A stretch of 64,000 nt of DNA from Candidatus Saccharimonadales bacterium (GTDB taxonomy: Bacteria > Patescibacteriota > Saccharimonadia > Saccharimonadales > UBA10212). The translations under genes were made by a program, and so were the position numbers. A model generated the notes under the pieces. That model did no database searches, had not been told where the DNA came from, and was given only the letters and a program-made list of their open reading frames with translations. This document shows, one piece after another, positions 61,809 through 64,000 of this stretch (positions are counted from its first letter, which is position 1; each line of letters begins with the position of its first letter). Location of the stretch: assembly GCA_038245195.1 (NCBI GenBank), contig JBBRSU010000001.1, positions 192,121 through 256,120 of the forward strand, read 5' to 3'.

Positions 61809-63950
61809 ATGTTTACTCTTCTTGCGGTAATTGCCGCCCTCTTGCTTATCGGAATCTCCTTGGGAGTATATTACCGCCGACGCGGCAACCATACAAATCT
61901 GATATTTATGTTTTTGACGCTGTCACTGGCAGCTTGGTCATTTACTAACTACCTCGCCATCACTATCCCGCAGAACAACAACACTCTTTACGTTATCCGA
62001 ACGGTCTTATTGTTCGCCCTAATCCAGAACACCCTTTTTTACTTCTTTGCCCGTACTTTTCCTGCCACTCGGTTTAGCGAACTACCGTTTAGGAATAAAT
62101 TATTGCTCGCCTATTCGTTCATCGTGGCGTTGCTTGTTGAATCGCCACTGGTTTTCTATTCGATAACTCTCAAGCATGGCAAAGCCAACCCTAACCCTAA
62201 GCCCTTTATTATCTTCTTTATTCTCCACGCTCTCATTACTATAATAGGCGGGTTCGTCCAGCTGATAGCCAAATATAGGCGGGCCCGGGGTGTAGCTAAA
62301 CGCCAGCTTTTATTCATCCTTATTGCCTCTCTAGTTTTATGGCTAATAGTGCCAATAACCAATTTTGCCATCACTTTAAGCGCCCAGACCACGATCTTTA
62401 TTAAGCTCAGCCCCTTCTTTGCTCTGGTTTTCGGGCTATTCATAACATACGCGATCGTCGCCCAAAAACTGTTTGATATCAGGGCAGCCGTAGCCCGCTC
62501 CGTAGCTTACGTTCTGGTGCTGGCGGCTGTAATCGGTATTTACGGGCTTCTAGTGTTCGGACTTGTCGATGCCGTGGTCAAAGACCCCCACACTCGGCAA
62601 ATCCTGTCGCTTTTCCTGGTACTGCCGCTGGCTATCAGTTTTCACGGATTTAGATTGTTTTTCGGGAAGATAACCAATCGCATCTTTTTCAGGGACACCT
62701 ACGATGCCCAAGAGGTGCTGGATAAATTAGGCTCGGTGATGGTAGCCGAAATTGATATAAATAAGATCCTGCTTAACACGCGTAATATACTGTCCAGCGC
62801 TTTTAAGAGCAGTTTCATAGAGTTCATATTAATCGAGGATAACAAGCCAGTACTTAGCGCTTCTAGTGAAAAAAAACTTCAAGACAGTCTGAGCTCTCTT
62901 GGCAACCGACTGCATGAACAGCACAAAGACATATTAGAGGTAGAAACAGCTGGTCATCATAATCCGCTGCGCCAAGAGATGGCCGAGATCGGTGCAGCCG
63001 TCAGCTTAAGGCTGAAGAACCAGCAGCAAATTGTCGGTTTCATCTTATTCGGTGAGAAATTAAGCGGTGATATCTATAGTGCCCAGGATCTTAAGCTGAT
63101 GGCGATTATCGCTAATGAGCTGTCGGTAGCTGTCCAAAACGCATTACGTTTCGAAGAAATCCAGCAGTTTAATGTAACCCTGCAGCAAAAGGTAGATGAA
63201 GCCACAAAACAGCTTAGTAGTGCTAATAAACGGCTTAAGGAGTTAGATAAGACTAAGGACGAGTTTATTTCTATGGCGTCGCATCAGCTTCGCACGCCCC
63301 TTACATCCATTAAAGGCTATTTGAGTATGGTGCTAGAGGGCGATGTGGGGCCGGTTAGAAAAAACGAAAAACAGATGATTCAGACGGCGTTTGATAGTGC
63401 CGAGCGAATGGTATTTTTGATAGCCGATTTACTGAACGTTTCGCGCCTTCAAAGTGGAAAATTTGTTATTGAAAATAAACCGACCGATTTGGCCAAGATG
63501 GTAGAAGCCGAGGTAAACCAATTGCAGGAAACCGCCAAGAACCACCACTTAACACTTAGCTATAAAAAACCCGACAAGTTCCCGATGCTGAATTTGGACG
63601 ACACTAAGATCCGCCAGGTGGTAATGAATTTTATGGATAATGCCATTTACTACACGCCGGCCGGTGGCAGCATAGAGGTTAAGATGGAGGCGACTCCAAA
63701 AGAAGCGATTTATACTGTAACTGATACTGGCCTTGGAGTACCAGCCGCCGAGCAGCATCATCTGTTCGCTAAGTTCTACCGGGCTGGCAACGCTAGGAAG
63801 ATGCGGCCAGATGGCACGGGGTTAGGGTTATTTATGGCTAAGAAGGTAGTGGTAGCCCAGGGAGGGGCGATTATCTTTAAGAGCACTGAGGGCAAAGGCA
63901 GCACCTTTGGCTTCAGCTTCCCCAGAGCCAGCCTAGAGCTTAAAGCATAA
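61809..63950 (+). CDS. sensor histidine kinase (multi-TM sensor, GAF-like, HisKA, HATPase_c)
   Basis: H-box SHQLRTPLTSIKG, N-box NFMDNAIYYT and G-boxes DTGLGV / GTGLGLFMAKKVV. Confidence 0.9.
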   Translation: MFTLLAVIAALLLIGISLGVYYRRRGNHTNLIFMFLTLSLAAWSFTNYLAITIPQNNNTLYVIRTVLLFALIQNTLFYFFARTFPATRFSELPFRNKLLLAYSFIVALLVESPLVFYSITLKHGKANPNPKPFIIFFILHALITIIGGFVQLIAKYRRARGVAKRQLLFILIASLVLWLIVPITNFAITLSAQTTIFIKLSPFFALVFGLFITYAIVAQKLFDIRAAVARSVAYVLVLAAVIGIYGLLVFGLVDAVVKDPHTRQILSLFLVLPLAISFHGFRLFFGKITNRIFFRDTYDAQEVLDKLGSVMVAEIDINKILLNTRNILSSAFKSSFIEFILIEDNKPVLSASSEKKLQDSLSSLGNRLHEQHKDILEVETAGHHNPLRQEMAEIGAAVSLRLKNQQQIVGFILFGEKLSGDIYSAQDLKLMAIIANELSVAVQNALRFEEIQQFNVTLQQKVDEATKQLSSANKRLKELDKTKDEFISMASHQLRTPLTSIKGYLSMVLEGDVGPVRKNEKQMIQTAFDSAERMVFLIADLLNVSRLQSGKFVIENKPTDLAKMVEAEVNQLQETAKNHHLTLSYKKPDKFPMLNLDDTKIRQVVMNFMDNAIYYTPAGGSIEVKMEATPKEAIYTVTDTGLGVPAAEQHHLFAKFYRAGNARKMRPDGTGLGLFMAKKVVVAQGGAIIFKSTEGKGSTFGFSFPRASLELKA

Positions 63951-64000
63951 CCCTTTAGGGTTATGGCGTCATTGCATTTATAAAAATCACTGTTATAATC

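Noticed and set aside
61776-61892. N-terminal 39-codon extension of the nitroreductase ORF
   Set aside because: It would overlap the histidine kinase start by 84 bp in a divergent arrangement. The internal ATG at 61775 has a good SD and precedes the conserved domain.
1-64000. CRISPR arrays, transposases, integrases, prophage genes, rRNA operons, and an alternative genetic code (UGA recoding as in some CPR lineages)
   Set aside because: No spaced direct-repeat array or recombinase-like ORF was seen. Long conserved genes are uninterrupted under the standard code and use TAA, TAG and TGA as stops.

Overview
Gene-dense 64 kb chromosomal window using the standard genetic code, about 45% GC by eye. 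It looks like a Patescibacteria/CPR genome, probably Saccharibacteria-like. That placement is an inference from a Gram-positive-type type IV pilus operon, ComEC, RNase Y, a sortase with an LPXTG substrate, a short TsaB, compact core genes, and CCA encoded in every tRNA. No homology search was possible, so all protein calls rest on motifs read from the supplied translations.

Content:
- Recombination and repair: ruvC-ruvA, ruvB, recA-recX, comEC.
- Cell envelope and division: murA, murB, murD, murI, ftsH, a DivIC/FtsB-like gene, and a LysM/Apf-like protein.
- Type IV pilus operon, all on the minus strand: pilB, pilC, pilA, three minor pilin-like genes, pilM, pilN, a PilO-like gene and a small membrane protein.
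- Folate/C1 genes: glyA, folD, a 5-FTHF cyclo-ligase and a CofE-like ligase.
- tRNA modification: tilS, tsaE, tsaB, dus.
- A RimK module.
- A surface-polysaccharide-like cluster: a processive GT2 with a small membrane partner, a CE4 deacetylase with CBM repeats, and a secreted protein. A sortase and a 59-aa LPXTG mini-protein sit inside it.
- Two convergent Crp/Fnr paralogues.
- A ThiF-like, PaaK-like and Acg-type nitroreductase cluster.
- A histidine kinase and an orphan receiver protein.
- 13 tRNA genes plus one decayed tRNA-Pro copy.

Most interesting observations:
1. Two paralogous ~115-nt structured RNAs embedded in tRNA transcription units. Their helices covary and their loops are identical.
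2. A 20-26 nt palindrome family with four copies, two acting as bidirectional terminators and two inside coding regions.
3. The mini LPXTG peptide with its adjacent sortase.
4. A ~0.5 kb GC-rich insertion next to tRNA-Lys that carries a secreted-protein gene.
5. An XRE-HTH::MurA fusion.

No rRNA, CRISPR array, transposase, integrase or phage gene was seen.
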